A stretch of 64,000 bases of DNA from Candidatus Bathyarchaeia archaeon (GCA_049515895.1 JBEKTQ010000019.1:32429-96428), one strand, 5' to 3'. Counted from the first letter of the stretch, positions 28,492 through 39,010 are shown. The notes: a model not told the origin generated them from the sequence alone. Numbers and translations: made by a program.

Positions 28492-31164
28492 TTAGGGTCT
28501 TTTTCTGAGCATGAGCGTCACTAGTATAGCGCCGATTATGACTATCACAATGATTATCGCAATGCCTATGTACATGACTGTGGTGTTTGAGGCTAAGCCG
28601 CTGAGGGGTGTGGCTGTCGGTGCCGCTGTTGCTGCTGGTTGGCTGGCGTAGAATCCTGTTGATGCGGTGGATCCGTAGTATGATTGTGTGCCTGCGAATG
28701 TGGCGTAGACGGTGTAGTTGCCTGGTATGTCGGGTTTCCATGTGAATGAGTAGTCGCCTAAACCGTTCGTGTTTGTAGCGCCGATTGTTCGGTAGTTTCC
28801 GTTAGAATCTATGACGGTGAAGGTCACCGGAACTCCGGTTACGTTGTGTGGCTCCAGTTGCTGCATGTAGACGGATTCCATGAACTGAGTCATGCTTGCG
28901 TCGGAAACGCATGGTAAGCCGTTGGGGAAGTTTGCCGCAACAGCATTTTGCTGTGAGCCTGCGGAGACATCCATGACTGTGCCCGTTATCGTTATCGGTG
29001 CGGCTGTTGTCACGCCAACGTCAGGTGCCGTCACGGTAGTTTTGCTTGGTCCCATGCCATACGCGTAAATCTGGTTGTCATAAGCGTTGAGCGTTGTCGC
29101 GATTCCATCCGAGATTGCAGGGCCGCTAGTAACGTCGAAAGCATCGATGCTCCAAACAACACTGCCATCAGTAATATTCAAAGCAAGCTGTTGGGCTCCG
29201 TGGAACAGCGGTGGACTGTACATGTGACCCTCAGGAAGGAATAGCTCACCACCAGCGACCGTTCCCACAGTGAAGACCCATAGGGGTTCAGTTCCGTAGG
29301 GAGACTCGAAGCCACCGCTTGGTGTGCTATAATGCCACTTGAGCGAGCCGTCTGCGATGTTGTATGCATAAACGTCGCCTCCGTAAGCCCATACGTACAT
29401 TATGCCATTAGCGATAACCGAGTTGCCTCCAAGAGAATCGAAAGGTCGAGCGTCTGGGAGTGCGGTTGGTCCCCAAAGTAGCTTACCCGTGAAGAGACTG
29501 TAACAACTGATTGATAGTGCGTTTTGTGTATATTCGACGTAGACTCCGTCGCCAGCAAAATATGTGCCAGCACCTGCAGAAATAAGAGTGAATGGTACTT
29601 CAGTGCGGTTGGTTATCCATAACTGTTGTCCAGTGGTTGCGCTATAGCCTGCTTCAATTTGCCAGCCAGGTTGATAGAATAATCCTTGACCCATAGAGTA
29701 TTCTGACAAGTATACTACTCCGCTGGCGATATAGGTAATTCCGAGGCCGTATAGAGCGTTAGCGAAATCTATTATGGGTACGCCTGCAATATTGTTGGCG
29801 AGTGGTTTTGTCCATTGTATTCCTAGACTGAAGGGAATTGATGCGCCTTGTGGGGGTCTCCAGAGCCAGTTGTCTGCAACGTTTGGGCCGCCGTAAGAGT
29901 TAGGAACAGCTAGGTTGATGCATCGGGTAGAGTTCCACATGTTTAGGGTGGGTGCGAATGGGTTAGTAGAGTTCACGTAGTAACCTATCAGATTCCCATG
30001 GTCGTCGGTTGTTAGTGCAACTGCAGTGCCAGGTTGGGCTGAAACAGGAACGCCGGTAATGGTAAGTATATAGCTGCCTGTCAATGCATCCCACATTTCA
30101 AAGGATCCGCCCACACTTGGCTCAAAGCCTTCATATACGACTGTTGAACCGATGGGCTCGCTCCATAGATACGCGAGGGCACCGTATTGGTTCGGTGTAA
30201 CCATGTCGAGTATTTGTCCGCATCTTAACAATTCAGTGGTGTTTTTTGTCCATAGTGTCTGACCGGTGTGTAAATCTACGGCCACCCAGCCAATTGGATT
30301 AGATCCACTTCCTGGGTACTGCGTGTAGTAGAGAATGTCATTCATGACTATTGGGGCAAATTTAGGTTCGTATTGAGCGGTTGAATAGAAGTTGCTTGTT
30401 TCACTTGTACCGTATTCGCCGCCGATTATTCCCCCAAAGGCTTCAGGCTTAGTCCACAAGATATGAGCACTAGTTGGCGCTGTAGTGTATGGATTATAGT
30501 TCATGCTGCTGTTATACATGCCAGTGTTGGCAAAAGATGTCTTCCCAGTTCCAAGCCAGTTACCCGCGATCGTTGCCCATTGGTTGTTTTCACCGTAAAT
30601 GGGGCGTGTCCAGTAGCTTGTTGGAAGAGGAGTTGTCGGCGCAGAATATGCTATCGGCTGCTGTTGCACTGTAAGCGTAAATATGTTGCTCGAGCTAGGT
30701 TGGTAAATATCGCCAATAGCTGGGTTAGCGCCTGGTCCAGTGGTCGGAGTTCCTGGAGCGAGGTTGTTGCCGGCTAATGTTTGTCCTGCAAAGAACATTT
30801 GGAAAGTGTAGTTTCCAATTGTTGCAGGCGTGTATGTAGTGTATGTGCCTCCAGTCGCGTCCGATGTAAAGGGACCTAAGGTTGTGGTGGTTCCATCGGG
30901 CTTTGTGACTACGACAGTTATATGTTGCCATCTGTCTCCAAATTGTCCGCTTGCGGTAGGTGGTGGTTCACCAATCCAAAAGTTGACCCGGGCTGTTTGT
31001 CCTGCGCCTATGGGATTTGGCGAAACACTGCAGAAGGCAAATGTTGGAACATGAAAAGGTGGTGAATGCGCGTTGGCATTTGGTAAAAGCGTTGTTGAAG
31101 CTGTCATTGAAAGTACAAAGAATGTAACAATCGTAATAGCTGCAATTTTGCTTAAGATTTTCAT
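28492..31164 (-). CDS. PQQ-binding-like beta-propeller repeat surface protein D
   Basis: Paralog; start set at MKILSK, identical to gene C. Confidence 0.9.
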   Translation of the reverse strand: MKILSKIAAITIVTFFVLSMTASTTLLPNANAHSPPFHVPTFAFCSVSPNPIGAGQTARVNFWIGEPPPTASGQFGDRWQHITVVVTKPDGTTTTLGPFTSDATGGTYTTYTPATIGNYTFQMFFAGQTLAGNNLAPGTPTTGPGANPAIGDIYQPSSSNIFTLTVQQQPIAYSAPTTPLPTSYWTRPIYGENNQWATIAGNWLGTGKTSFANTGMYNSSMNYNPYTTAPTSAHILWTKPEAFGGIIGGEYGTSETSNFYSTAQYEPKFAPIVMNDILYYTQYPGSGSNPIGWVAVDLHTGQTLWTKNTTELLRCGQILDMVTPNQYGALAYLWSEPIGSTVVYEGFEPSVGGSFEMWDALTGSYILTITGVPVSAQPGTAVALTTDDHGNLIGYYVNSTNPFAPTLNMWNSTRCINLAVPNSYGGPNVADNWLWRPPQGASIPFSLGIQWTKPLANNIAGVPIIDFANALYGLGITYIASGVVYLSEYSMGQGLFYQPGWQIEAGYSATTGQQLWITNRTEVPFTLISAGAGTYFAGDGVYVEYTQNALSISCYSLFTGKLLWGPTALPDARPFDSLGGNSVIANGIMYVWAYGGDVYAYNIADGSLKWHYSTPSGGFESPYGTEPLWVFTVGTVAGGELFLPEGHMYSPPLFHGAQQLALNITDGSVVWSIDAFDVTSGPAISDGIATTLNAYDNQIYAYGMGPSKTTVTAPDVGVTTAAPITITGTVMDVSAGSQQNAVAANFPNGLPCVSDASMTQFMESVYMQQLEPHNVTGVPVTFTVIDSNGNYRTIGATNTNGLGDYSFTWKPDIPGNYTVYATFAGTQSYYGSTASTGFYASQPAATAAPTATPLSGLASNTTVMYIGIAIIIVIVIIGAILVTLMLRKRP

Positions 31165-31438
31165 TTTGTTTTTTCTTCCTTTATTTTGTTTTTTGGGTTG
31201 AAGAAGCATAGAAAATGCTTCTTTCCCTACTTTGGGGTTTGCTCTCTTTGGACTTATATAACTTGCGTGTTAGCGGTTTTACGTCCAGTTGCATCTTTGG
31301 GAAATCTTTGTAAATAGTTAAAACCATTCTATGTGTCTTCCAAATCCAATATTTTCTACTTTGAAAGCAGCGAGCATGCAGTTTTTTGTTTGCATATATC
31401 TATAGCTTCTATCCAAATTCATGTAAACAACGAATTCT
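31104..31438. repeat. ~335-bp near-identical repeat (type 2 promoter), copy 2
   Basis: Matches 23003-23339. Confidence 0.95.
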
Positions 31439-31727
31439 TCTAACGCCCGCGCCAAACCGCTGTTTTCTTGTCTGCGTGTGCTCTCCTGCCTGCGGGTTGT
31501 CTTTTCTTTCTTGTTTCGCTTTTTGATTTTTCTTAAGTTGTGCGGTTTGAAAAAGGTGCTCTTAAAATGGTACGCAACGAATTTATGTTTCCTCGCAGAG
31601 ATTCATAGTTGAAGCTTAAGCTGAGTCAGCGAAAGATTGCGACTTGAACTTGCGTTTTGCAAGCTTTCTAAGTTGCAACGAGTTTCCATACGCTTAAAGA
31701 TTGTTTGGTCCCCACGGAGGTTTATAG

Positions 31728-33929
31728 GTGAAAGTTAAGGTAAAGCACGTTGTTGCGGTCTTCCTTATTTTACTGTTTATGTTGGGGATCGTTCAGCCCT
31801 TCGTGCCCCTGACCATGGCGCAACCAAACAGTTTAGTGGCTAACCAATCATATTGGCTACGATTAGCCAGCAATGCTTGGAATTATTATCAGCCTGGCGT
31901 TGGAGTAGATTCCACAACGGGGCTTCACAACGCGGGTTTAGATTACCCCTATTTTACAGATTGGGACTTAGGTGTTTACATTCAAACCGTCATCGACGTC
32001 ACTCAACTGGGCATATTGGGTACAAGCGGCGCTTGGGGCTCTGATGCGCGGTTCAGCAAAATACTGACGTTTCTTGAAACTCGTCAACTTAGCTCCAGCG
32101 GCGTGCCTTACGTGTGGTACCAATCTGCCAATGGAGATCCGTACGGGACTGATGTTCAAATAGCTGCTGACGCAGGGGCGTTGCTGGTGGCCCTTAACAA
32201 TCTCAGGGTTTTTCGCCCCGACCTCGCAGGAACCATCAACTCCATCGTTTATAACTATACCAATTATGCTCCATTGGAGCAGGCGGTTCAAACCTTAACG
32301 AGTTCACCAAGCATCTATGATTACTATGTTGCCAGTGGGTTTGCTGGCTTTTGGCCCAGCGCGTTCTCAACCTTGGCTAGCTCCATCTTGAACAACATCG
32401 TGTCTGCGCCTACCCTTTCAACTTACGGTGTAACGCTGCCCATTTCAGATTTAACGTGTGAACCTTTGCTTCTTTCCGTTTTCAACCTGGCTCCCAACTC
32501 TGAGCTGGAAAGCTTGGCTTATCAAGTGTATTTGGCACAAGACGCCAAGTACAACGCCACCGGTGAGTTTGTGGCATATAGCGAAGGAAACACTGGCTTA
32601 GACGATCCTTCCTACGTTTACGAGTGGATAGTGAGGAGTGACGGTTCAACTTGGGAGATCGATAGCGATACTGGGCAGACAAACGTGGGGATTTCGCCTA
32701 TTATTTATTTTAAGGCGGCGGTTGGTTTGCTGGCGATGTACGATACTACCTATACTGAGAACATGGTTTCGTCTATTGCGTCCAAGCTTCCAACGCCGTC
32801 AGATGGATACTCGGATGGGGTCGATGACTACGGGCGCGTTGACACGACTACCATTGATAAAACTAACGGCATGATCATTGCAGCCGCGCTATATGCGATT
32901 GATAACCCTCCAAGCCCAACGCCCACTCCAACTCCTACCCCTACTCCTTCTTCGACGCCCACTCGAACGCCCACGCCAGCGCCTACTCCAACTCCTATTC
33001 CAACAGTGTCTTTAGTTTTAGGCTCCACTACTGGAGGAACAATAAACCCTGCGGCAAACACGTATTATTACAGTGTTGGGTCTCAAGTAACCATTTCGGC
33101 AACGGCGAATTCAAGTTATCTTTTCTCATATTGGCTCTTGAATGATGGCTCAAAAATCTACAGTTCAACAACAACGTTAACGATGTCGTCAAGCAAAACT
33201 GCCCTAGCAGTATTCGCCGCTATTCCCCAAGCCACACCAACACCTACACCGCAAGTCGTGTTAGTTTTTTCTTCAACCACAGGAGGCACTATTTCGCCTT
33301 CAGCCAATACTTACACCTACGCTGTTGGGTACCAATTAACTATTTCAGCCTCAGCCAGCAACGGCTACAGTTTTAGCTATTGGTTGTTTAATGATGGCGA
33401 CACAATCCCTACTTCTACCATAACTTTGACTTTAACCACAAGCATGACGGCTTTAGCTGTTTTTACCGCTAATCCAGTGCCTACTCCAACACCTGCACCG
33501 GGAGCTACGTCACTGCCTACGCCAGCACCTACGCCTCAGCCAACCCCTATTCCTGTTGTCACATTTGCACCAATACCTGCGGTTGCGCTTGCGGCTACAC
33601 CTGAACCAACTCCAATCCCAATAGCAACACCTACTCCAACGCTAACGCCAACGTCTAGTTCTGCTTCGGACAGCACTACTCCCGTTCCTAGTGGTTCGGT
33701 CGGTTCATCTCGAATGAATCAGTTGGTAACCTGGCTTGTTTTATTGATTATCGTTGCAATCCTCGTTGTTGAGTGCTTGTATGTTCTAAAGGTTGTTCGT
33801 TCTAGAAGAAGAAATTCAGCTAAATCCGCTGTGTCGTCCCAATTATCCAGGGCTTATTTAGATCACCGTTATTCTTTGATTCGTGTTTGGGTTGGCGCCG
33901 CGTTTTTGCATTGGGAGATGAAAAACTGA
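31728..33929 (+). CDS. Surface DUF3131-like (glycoside hydrolase-like) protein with two InlB B-type repeats, PT linkers and TM anchor
   Basis: LA..AW.Y...TGL...TDWDLG.YI...AYSEG...KTNG motifs; GG.I.P...Y..G...TISA.A..Y.FSYW repeats; GGAGG RBS. Confidence 0.8.
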   Translation: MKVKVKHVVAVFLILLFMLGIVQPFVPLTMAQPNSLVANQSYWLRLASNAWNYYQPGVGVDSTTGLHNAGLDYPYFTDWDLGVYIQTVIDVTQLGILGTSGAWGSDARFSKILTFLETRQLSSSGVPYVWYQSANGDPYGTDVQIAADAGALLVALNNLRVFRPDLAGTINSIVYNYTNYAPLEQAVQTLTSSPSIYDYYVASGFAGFWPSAFSTLASSILNNIVSAPTLSTYGVTLPISDLTCEPLLLSVFNLAPNSELESLAYQVYLAQDAKYNATGEFVAYSEGNTGLDDPSYVYEWIVRSDGSTWEIDSDTGQTNVGISPIIYFKAAVGLLAMYDTTYTENMVSSIASKLPTPSDGYSDGVDDYGRVDTTTIDKTNGMIIAAALYAIDNPPSPTPTPTPTPTPSSTPTRTPTPAPTPTPIPTVSLVLGSTTGGTINPAANTYYYSVGSQVTISATANSSYLFSYWLLNDGSKIYSSTTTLTMSSSKTALAVFAAIPQATPTPTPQVVLVFSSTTGGTISPSANTYTYAVGYQLTISASASNGYSFSYWLFNDGDTIPTSTITLTLTTSMTALAVFTANPVPTPTPAPGATSLPTPAPTPQPTPIPVVTFAPIPAVALAATPEPTPIPIATPTPTLTPTSSSASDSTTPVPSGSVGSSRMNQLVTWLVLLIIVAILVVECLYVLKVVRSRRRNSAKSAVSSQLSRAYLDHRYSLIRVWVGAAFLHWEMKN

Positions 33930-33975
33930 TGAGGCTTAAGAATGATGAGGGATACTTGGGGATGAGGGTGAGATT

Positions 33976-34623
33976 TTGGATGTGGTAATAGTTACTCTGT
34001 TGAGGGAAACCTTAGGTGACGCGGTAAAATCGGTGAATGCGGTTATTCCGAATCCCAAAATCATCCTCATAACCGGCAAGGGAGCCATTGGCGATTTACG
34101 GAATAAGGGGTTGCGCCAGTGCAATTCCAGTTTGATGTGTTACGTGGACGACGACATTATTCTGAATAGCAGCTGGTACGCAAAATGCATGGAGGCGCTT
34201 GAGGCTCACCCTGAAATTATTGCAGTTGGCGGAAAAACGCCTGTGCACCATACGCTTGGCTGCATGATCTGCAGAACAAAAGAATTCAAAAGCGCTGGGG
34301 GCTTCCCAAAGCTCGACGACAAGGTTTTGCAAAAGCTTGGCCCAAAGATGCTAATTCTCGAAGACGCTGTGTGTGAACATCAGACTAAGAGAGGATTTGG
34401 ACCGCTTAGGCATAATCTGCATTTCCTATGTCATAGTTTCCAAACGGACCAAAGGGCAGGCTGGTGTTATAATCCCGCCCAACAAGCTTGGATGATCTAT
34501 GACTTCTTTAAGGCGGGATACCCTGATTATGCTGTTGGATCCAGCCTGTGGCTAATTAAACCGCTTTTTGTGCTTCCTTTTATTCTTGAAGACAGAAGAG
34601 ATCGGAAGAAATGCAAAGGTTGA
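33976..34623 (+). CDS. Glycosyltransferase family 2
   Basis: LRNKGL, YVDDD (DxD) and AGGF motifs. Confidence 0.8.
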   Translation: MDVVIVTLLRETLGDAVKSVNAVIPNPKIILITGKGAIGDLRNKGLRQCNSSLMCYVDDDIILNSSWYAKCMEALEAHPEIIAVGGKTPVHHTLGCMICRTKEFKSAGGFPKLDDKVLQKLGPKMLILEDAVCEHQTKRGFGPLRHNLHFLCHSFQTDQRAGWCYNPAQQAWMIYDFFKAGYPDYAVGSSLWLIKPLFVLPFILEDRRDRKKCKG

Positions 34624-34715
34624 AACTTGGGCGTTTTTTTAAGTTGTGCATTTAACAAAACTCAGTTTTGCTAGTTTTGTTATTGGAAAGCTTTTTATGT
34701 TCATGATGCTGAGAA

Positions 34716-35108
34716 GTGTTCTTCATGAGAGAGGGCAGGCTAGAGGGGAATAGAGAACTCGGTGATTCTCCGTCTATTAGGATGCTTGCCCAAGCCAAGA
34801 AGGCTTCCCTAAGACGTGGCGTTTGGTTTAGAGCTCTCAACCGGGTTGAGCGAGCCCTTGCCGATCTCACATTGCAATGCGTTGACAACATCAAAAGCGG
34901 AAGGTTGGCCAAACTGCTGACGGCCATAATGGATAAGCTGCAGTCTGCAATGGAAAGCGTATTTGTCAGGTTGGTGAGGACTATCGGTGTTTCTCTTGCT
35001 GAGAAAGTCAGTCGCGTAGCGGTGCGTTGGGGTAATGTTTCTGCTAAGAAGTGGGCGTCTGATTTTTCGTTTGCAGTTTTTTTAGCTGTGGCGCACACAA
35101 ATAAATGA
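34716..35108 (+). CDS. Conserved small basic helical protein leading the glycan locus
   Basis: LRRGVWFRALNRVERA...WGN..A..WA.D pattern; lies directly upstream of the first epimerase. Confidence 0.7.
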   Translation: MFFMREGRLEGNRELGDSPSIRMLAQAKKASLRRGVWFRALNRVERALADLTLQCVDNIKSGRLAKLLTAIMDKLQSAMESVFVRLVRTIGVSLAEKVSRVAVRWGNVSAKKWASDFSFAVFLAVAHTNK

Positions 35109-35139
35109 TTTCACGGAATATTTTTGCGGTTAGGCGTTA

Positions 35140-36087
35140 ATGCGTAAGTCTTTTAGAGTTTTGGTAACTGGTGGCGCTGGTTTTATCGGCAGCCACATGG
35201 TTGATCGATTAGTCAAAGATGGCTGCGATGTCAGAGTCATAGACAACTTATCTACTGGCAGCTTAGATAATATTCAGGGGCTTTTGAGTGCTGGCAAGGT
35301 TGATTTTGTTAAGGGTGACATTCGCGATGTTTCAGATGTTGAAAAAAGTGTCGCTGGTGTTGACGCGGTTATTCATTTTGCTGCTGTGACGAGTGTGCCT
35401 TTTTCTGTTGCAAATCCTGAATTAACTTTTGACGTTAACTTGGCGGGTACTTTGAATCTGATTCAGGCCAGTGTTCAAGCAAAGGTCGGCAGGTTCGTGT
35501 TTGTTTCTAGTTGCGCCGTTTTTGGCGATCCGGAGTCTTTGCCGGTGCGTGAAGAGTATCAGCCTGATCCGATTTCGCCTTACGCTGAATCTAAGCTTTT
35601 AGCTGAGCGTTACTGTTTGGGTTTTCAGGATCGGCAGCTTTTGCAGGGAGTTGTCTTGCGTTTCTTTAATGTTTATGGCCCCCGACAAGGCATGAATGAT
35701 TATAGTGGTGTAATCACGCGTTTTATCGAACGCATAAGAAAAAAGGAGCCGTTGGTTGTTTATGGCGATGGTTCACAAACGCGGGATTTTGTCAATGTGT
35801 ACGATGTTGTTGATGCCGTTTTGGCTTCCGTGAAAAGCCGTGATGCCGAGGGCGAAGTGTTTAATGTCGGTTCTGGCCAGCCCACTTCCATTAATGATTT
35901 GGCTAAGACGCTTTTGGAGTTGGCTGGCGTGGACTTGATGATTCGTTACGAAAAGTCCAGAACAGGCGATATTAAAAATAGTTATGCGGATATCTCCAAA
36001 GCTAAAAAGCTCTTGGGTTTTGAGCCGAAGGTTTCTTTGAGGGATGGTCTTCGAGTGTTGCTTGAAGAAAAAGAGGGTGCCTGCTGA
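35140..36087 (+). CDS. NAD-dependent epimerase/dehydratase (UDP-glucose 4-epimerase-like)
   Basis: [25 protein letters not shown]. Confidence 0.92.
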   Translation: MRKSFRVLVTGGAGFIGSHMVDRLVKDGCDVRVIDNLSTGSLDNIQGLLSAGKVDFVKGDIRDVSDVEKSVAGVDAVIHFAAVTSVPFSVANPELTFDVNLAGTLNLIQASVQAKVGRFVFVSSCAVFGDPESLPVREEYQPDPISPYAESKLLAERYCLGFQDRQLLQGVVLRFFNVYGPRQGMNDYSGVITRFIERIRKKEPLVVYGDGSQTRDFVNVYDVVDAVLASVKSRDAEGEVFNVGSGQPTSINDLAKTLLELAGVDLMIRYEKSRTGDIKNSYADISKAKKLLGFEPKVSLRDGLRVLLEEKEGAC

Positions 36088-37062
36088 TTGGTTGAAATTG
36101 AAGAGTCCATTAAACTGCTGGATAAGTTAGCGCATAACGGATCTAACCTGCTTGTTGTTGCGGGTATTCCGGCTTTCAATGAGGAGAAAACCATTGCGCG
36201 AATCGTTTTGGGGGCTCAGAAGCATGTGCATGTCGTCGTTGTCTGTGATGATGGCTCAACGGATTTGACTGGCGAAATTGCGGATCGTTTGGGTGCTGTT
36301 GTGGTTCGTCATGAACGGAATGAGGGTTACGGGGCGGCTGTGCAGAGCTTGATTAGGCGGGCACGGGAATTGAAGGCTGATGTGCTTGTTACTTTGGATG
36401 CGGATGGGCAGCATGACCCTTCGGAGATTCCGAAGCTGCTAAAACCAATAGAAGACGGCGTGGCAGAAGTGGTTTTGGGAAGCAGGTTTATGGATAAGGC
36501 TGGAACCGCGGATATGCCGGTGCACAGGCAATTCGGCGTGAAAGTAATCACAACGTTAGCAAACGGATCCGGGAAAAACGGCGTCACCGACGCTCAGAGC
36601 GGTTTTAGAGCCTACAGCAAACGTGCCATGGAGCGCCTGGGAGTCATTTCGGAAGACGGCATGGGTGCAAGCATCGAGGTGCTGCGTGAAATCCAGAAAA
36701 GCGGTTTAAAAATCTACGAAGTGCCCATCTCCTGTAAATATGCAGGAATGCAAAAATCATCCGAAAATGCAACTAAACATGGCTTAGGTCTTCTAATGTC
36801 GTTAATCAAACTTGTAGTTGAAGATAGACCTCTCACGTTTCTCGGAATTCCCGGTGCCTTGTCTATTGCCTTAGGCGCTTTGTTTGGTGTTTGGATGATG
36901 GAGCTGTATGTTTCCACTGACCGCATAGTAACGAATGTGGCTTTGGCATCTATTGCCTTCATTTTGATTGGTTTCTTCATGGTTTCAACAGCCATAACGC
37001 TGTATGCACTTACGAGGTTGTCAAAGAAAATGAATGGCAACCGGATAAGCGGGGTTAAGTAA
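36088..37062 (+). CDS. GT2 polyprenol-phosphate glycosyltransferase (DPM1-like) with C-terminal TM helices
   Basis: IPAFNEE, DDGSTD, DADGQH, D.QSGFR. Confidence 0.92.
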   Translation: MVEIEESIKLLDKLAHNGSNLLVVAGIPAFNEEKTIARIVLGAQKHVHVVVVCDDGSTDLTGEIADRLGAVVVRHERNEGYGAAVQSLIRRARELKADVLVTLDADGQHDPSEIPKLLKPIEDGVAEVVLGSRFMDKAGTADMPVHRQFGVKVITTLANGSGKNGVTDAQSGFRAYSKRAMERLGVISEDGMGASIEVLREIQKSGLKIYEVPISCKYAGMQKSSENATKHGLGLLMSLIKLVVEDRPLTFLGIPGALSIALGALFGVWMMELYVSTDRIVTNVALASIAFILIGFFMVSTAITLYALTRLSKKMNGNRISGVK

Positions 37063-38025
37063 ACGGTCAAGAAAGTTTTGGTGACTGGCGGTTTGGGTTT
37101 TATAGGCTCAAATCTAATTGTGGAATTGAGAAGTCGCGGGTATGACACTTGGGCTTGCGATTTGATGCATTCTTCGCAGCCTAATTATGTTCGTTGTGAC
37201 GTTAGCAAGTTCAGTCAGGTGGAGCGGTTGTTTTCGGAGCATGACTTCGATTTTGTTTATCATGCGGCTGCGGAGTATGGCAGGTGGAACGGCGAGGACT
37301 ATTACGAAAACTTGTGGGCTACAAACGCGGTAGGCACCAAGAACCTTTTGAGAGTTCAGGAGAAGAAGAGGTTTCGAATGATTTTCTTCGGCAGCGCCGA
37401 GGTTTACGGTGATTATGAGGGCGTCATGCGGGAAGACGTTATGGACACGGTTCCAATTAAGCAGATGAACGATTATGCCATTTCCAAGTGGGTTAACGAA
37501 ATGCAGATTTTTAATTCTGCTGCAATGTTTGGGACGGAGTCAGTTCGGGTTCGCTTGTTCAATGTTTACGGTGTGGGCGAGCATTACACTCCATATCGTG
37601 GTTGGATACCGAAATTCATCTATAAAGCTCTGAGAAATGAGCCTTACACGGTTTACTTGGGTCACAAGCGCACCCTTGAATATGTTGAGGATATCTGCAG
37701 AACATTTGCCAACATAATTGACAACTTTAAGCCAGGAGAAATCTACAATTTCGGCGGAGACACACAATACGACATAAAGTACGTTTCGGATCTAATTCTA
37801 AAAAACCTAAACAAGGACGACTCCAAAGTCTCTTACAAGGAAACTGAACCCTTCACAACCAGAATAAAAACGCCTGATGCGTCAAAAGCGAAGAAAGATT
37901 TGGATTTTAAGTTAACCATTGCTCCGGAGGAAGGCATGCGGAGAACTGTTGAATGGTTCGAGAAACTGTATGGCGAACAAGGTGATAAATGGAGAGAGGT
38001 TTGGAATGGCCAAAAAAGTGCTTGA
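37063..38025 (+). CDS. NAD-dependent epimerase/dehydratase; apparent ACG start (alternative TTG at 37078)
   Basis: (ACG)VKKVLVTGGLGFIG, YAISK, RLFNVYG. Confidence 0.9.
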   Translation, partial: TVKKVLVTGGLGFIGSNLIVELRSRGYDTWACDLMHSSQPNYVRCDVSKFSQVERLFSEHDFDFVYHAAAEYGRWNGEDYYENLWATNAVGTKNLLRVQEKKRFRMIFFGSAEVYGDYEGVMREDVMDTVPIKQMNDYAISKWVNEMQIFNSAAMFGTESVRVRLFNVYGVGEHYTPYRGWIPKFIYKALRNEPYTVYLGHKRTLEYVEDICRTFANIIDNFKPGEIYNFGGDTQYDIKYVSDLILKNLNKDDSKVSYKETEPFTTRIKTPDASKAKKDLDFKLTIAPEEGMRRTVEWFEKLYGEQGDKWREVWNGQKSA

Positions 38026-39010
38026 AGCCTTCAGTGAGAAAACTGTGTTGGTAACAGGTGGGGCAGGAGCTATAGGTTCTAACTTGGTAAAAACCCTAAG
38101 TAACCTAGAAACAAAGAAAATTATAATCATAGATGACCTTTCTTCGTCTTACGAATGGAATATTCCACTAAGTCCAAAGGTTGATTTTATTAAAGGCAGT
38201 ATTCTTGATGAAGAAAAATTAAGGTTGGCCTTTAGAGAGAAACCTCAAATAGTTTATCATCTGGCCGCTCATTTTGCCAACCAAAATTCAGTAGATAACC
38301 CTGAAACCGACTTGATGATAAACGGAATGGGTACCTTAAAGGTTTTGGAGCATGCGCATTTAGAAGGTGTTGAACGCTTCATTTATGCTTCCTCAGGCTG
38401 TGGAATGTACGGTGCGGACTCAAGAATGCCATTTAAAGAGCATGATGTATCGATGAATCTTTACACACCATATCAAGTAACGAAGACGCTAGGTGAACTT
38501 TACACTAATTATTACCACAATTTGTATGACCTCCCGATTGTGAATGCTCGGTTATTTAATATGTATGGTCCTGGAGAGGTTCCGGGGAAATACAGGAATG
38601 TTATACCCAACTTTTTCTATTGGTCGCTGAATAAGCAGCCTCTTCCGATTACTGGAACAGGTGAGGAAACAAGAGATTTCACTTATGTCGGGGACCTTGT
38701 CAATGGTTTGTTGGCGATGGCCTACTACGAAGATGCTGTGGGAGAATCAATTAATATTGGTACCGGCAAAGAAATTAGAATTAGAGATCTTGCGGAATGG
38801 ATCATCGAACTGACAGGAAACGATGCCGGAATCGTTTTCAAAGAGAGGCGCGACTGGGATAAGAAACCGAGACTCCTTTCTTCAACAGAAAAAGCACGAA
38901 AAATCCTTGGCTATGAACCTAGCATGGATTTTAGAGAAGGTCTGAAACAAGTCCATTCATGGTTTATGGCAAATTGGCAACATATTAAGGACTCAAAAGC
39001 TTTTGTCTAA
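38006..39010 (+). CDS. NAD-dependent epimerase/dehydratase
   Basis: [26 protein letters not shown]; start at MAKKVL after GAGGT. Confidence 0.9.
   Translation: MAKKVLEAFSEKTVLVTGGAGAIGSNLVKTLSNLETKKIIIIDDLSSSYEWNIPLSPKVDFIKGSILDEEKLRLAFREKPQIVYHLAAHFANQNSVDNPETDLMINGMGTLKVLEHAHLEGVERFIYASSGCGMYGADSRMPFKEHDVSMNLYTPYQVTKTLGELYTNYYHNLYDLPIVNARLFNMYGPGEVPGKYRNVIPNFFYWSLNKQPLPITGTGEETRDFTYVGDLVNGLLAMAYYEDAVGESINIGTGKEIRIRDLAEWIIELTGNDAGIVFKERRDWDKKPRLLSSTEKARKILGYEPSMDFREGLKQVHSWFMANWQHIKDSKAFV

Noticed and set aside
17108-28900. Similar 3' ends of PQQ genes B and D as a DGR template/variable repeat pair
   Set aside because: Differences are mostly synonymous third positions rather than adenine-specific, both copies are coding, and no reverse transcriptase is present
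15621-31520. Shared TCTTTTCTTTC(T)TTGTTTCG at ~15621 and ~31500
   Set aside because: Low-complexity pyrimidine tract; could be ordinary terminators
31533-34651. TTAAGTTGTGC direct repeat flanking DUF3131-GT2
   Set aside because: An 11-bp match in AT-rich DNA with no mobility gene
34652-35098. 148-aa minus-strand ORF
   Set aside because: Shadow of the plus-strand gene 34716-35108, which fits the operon direction
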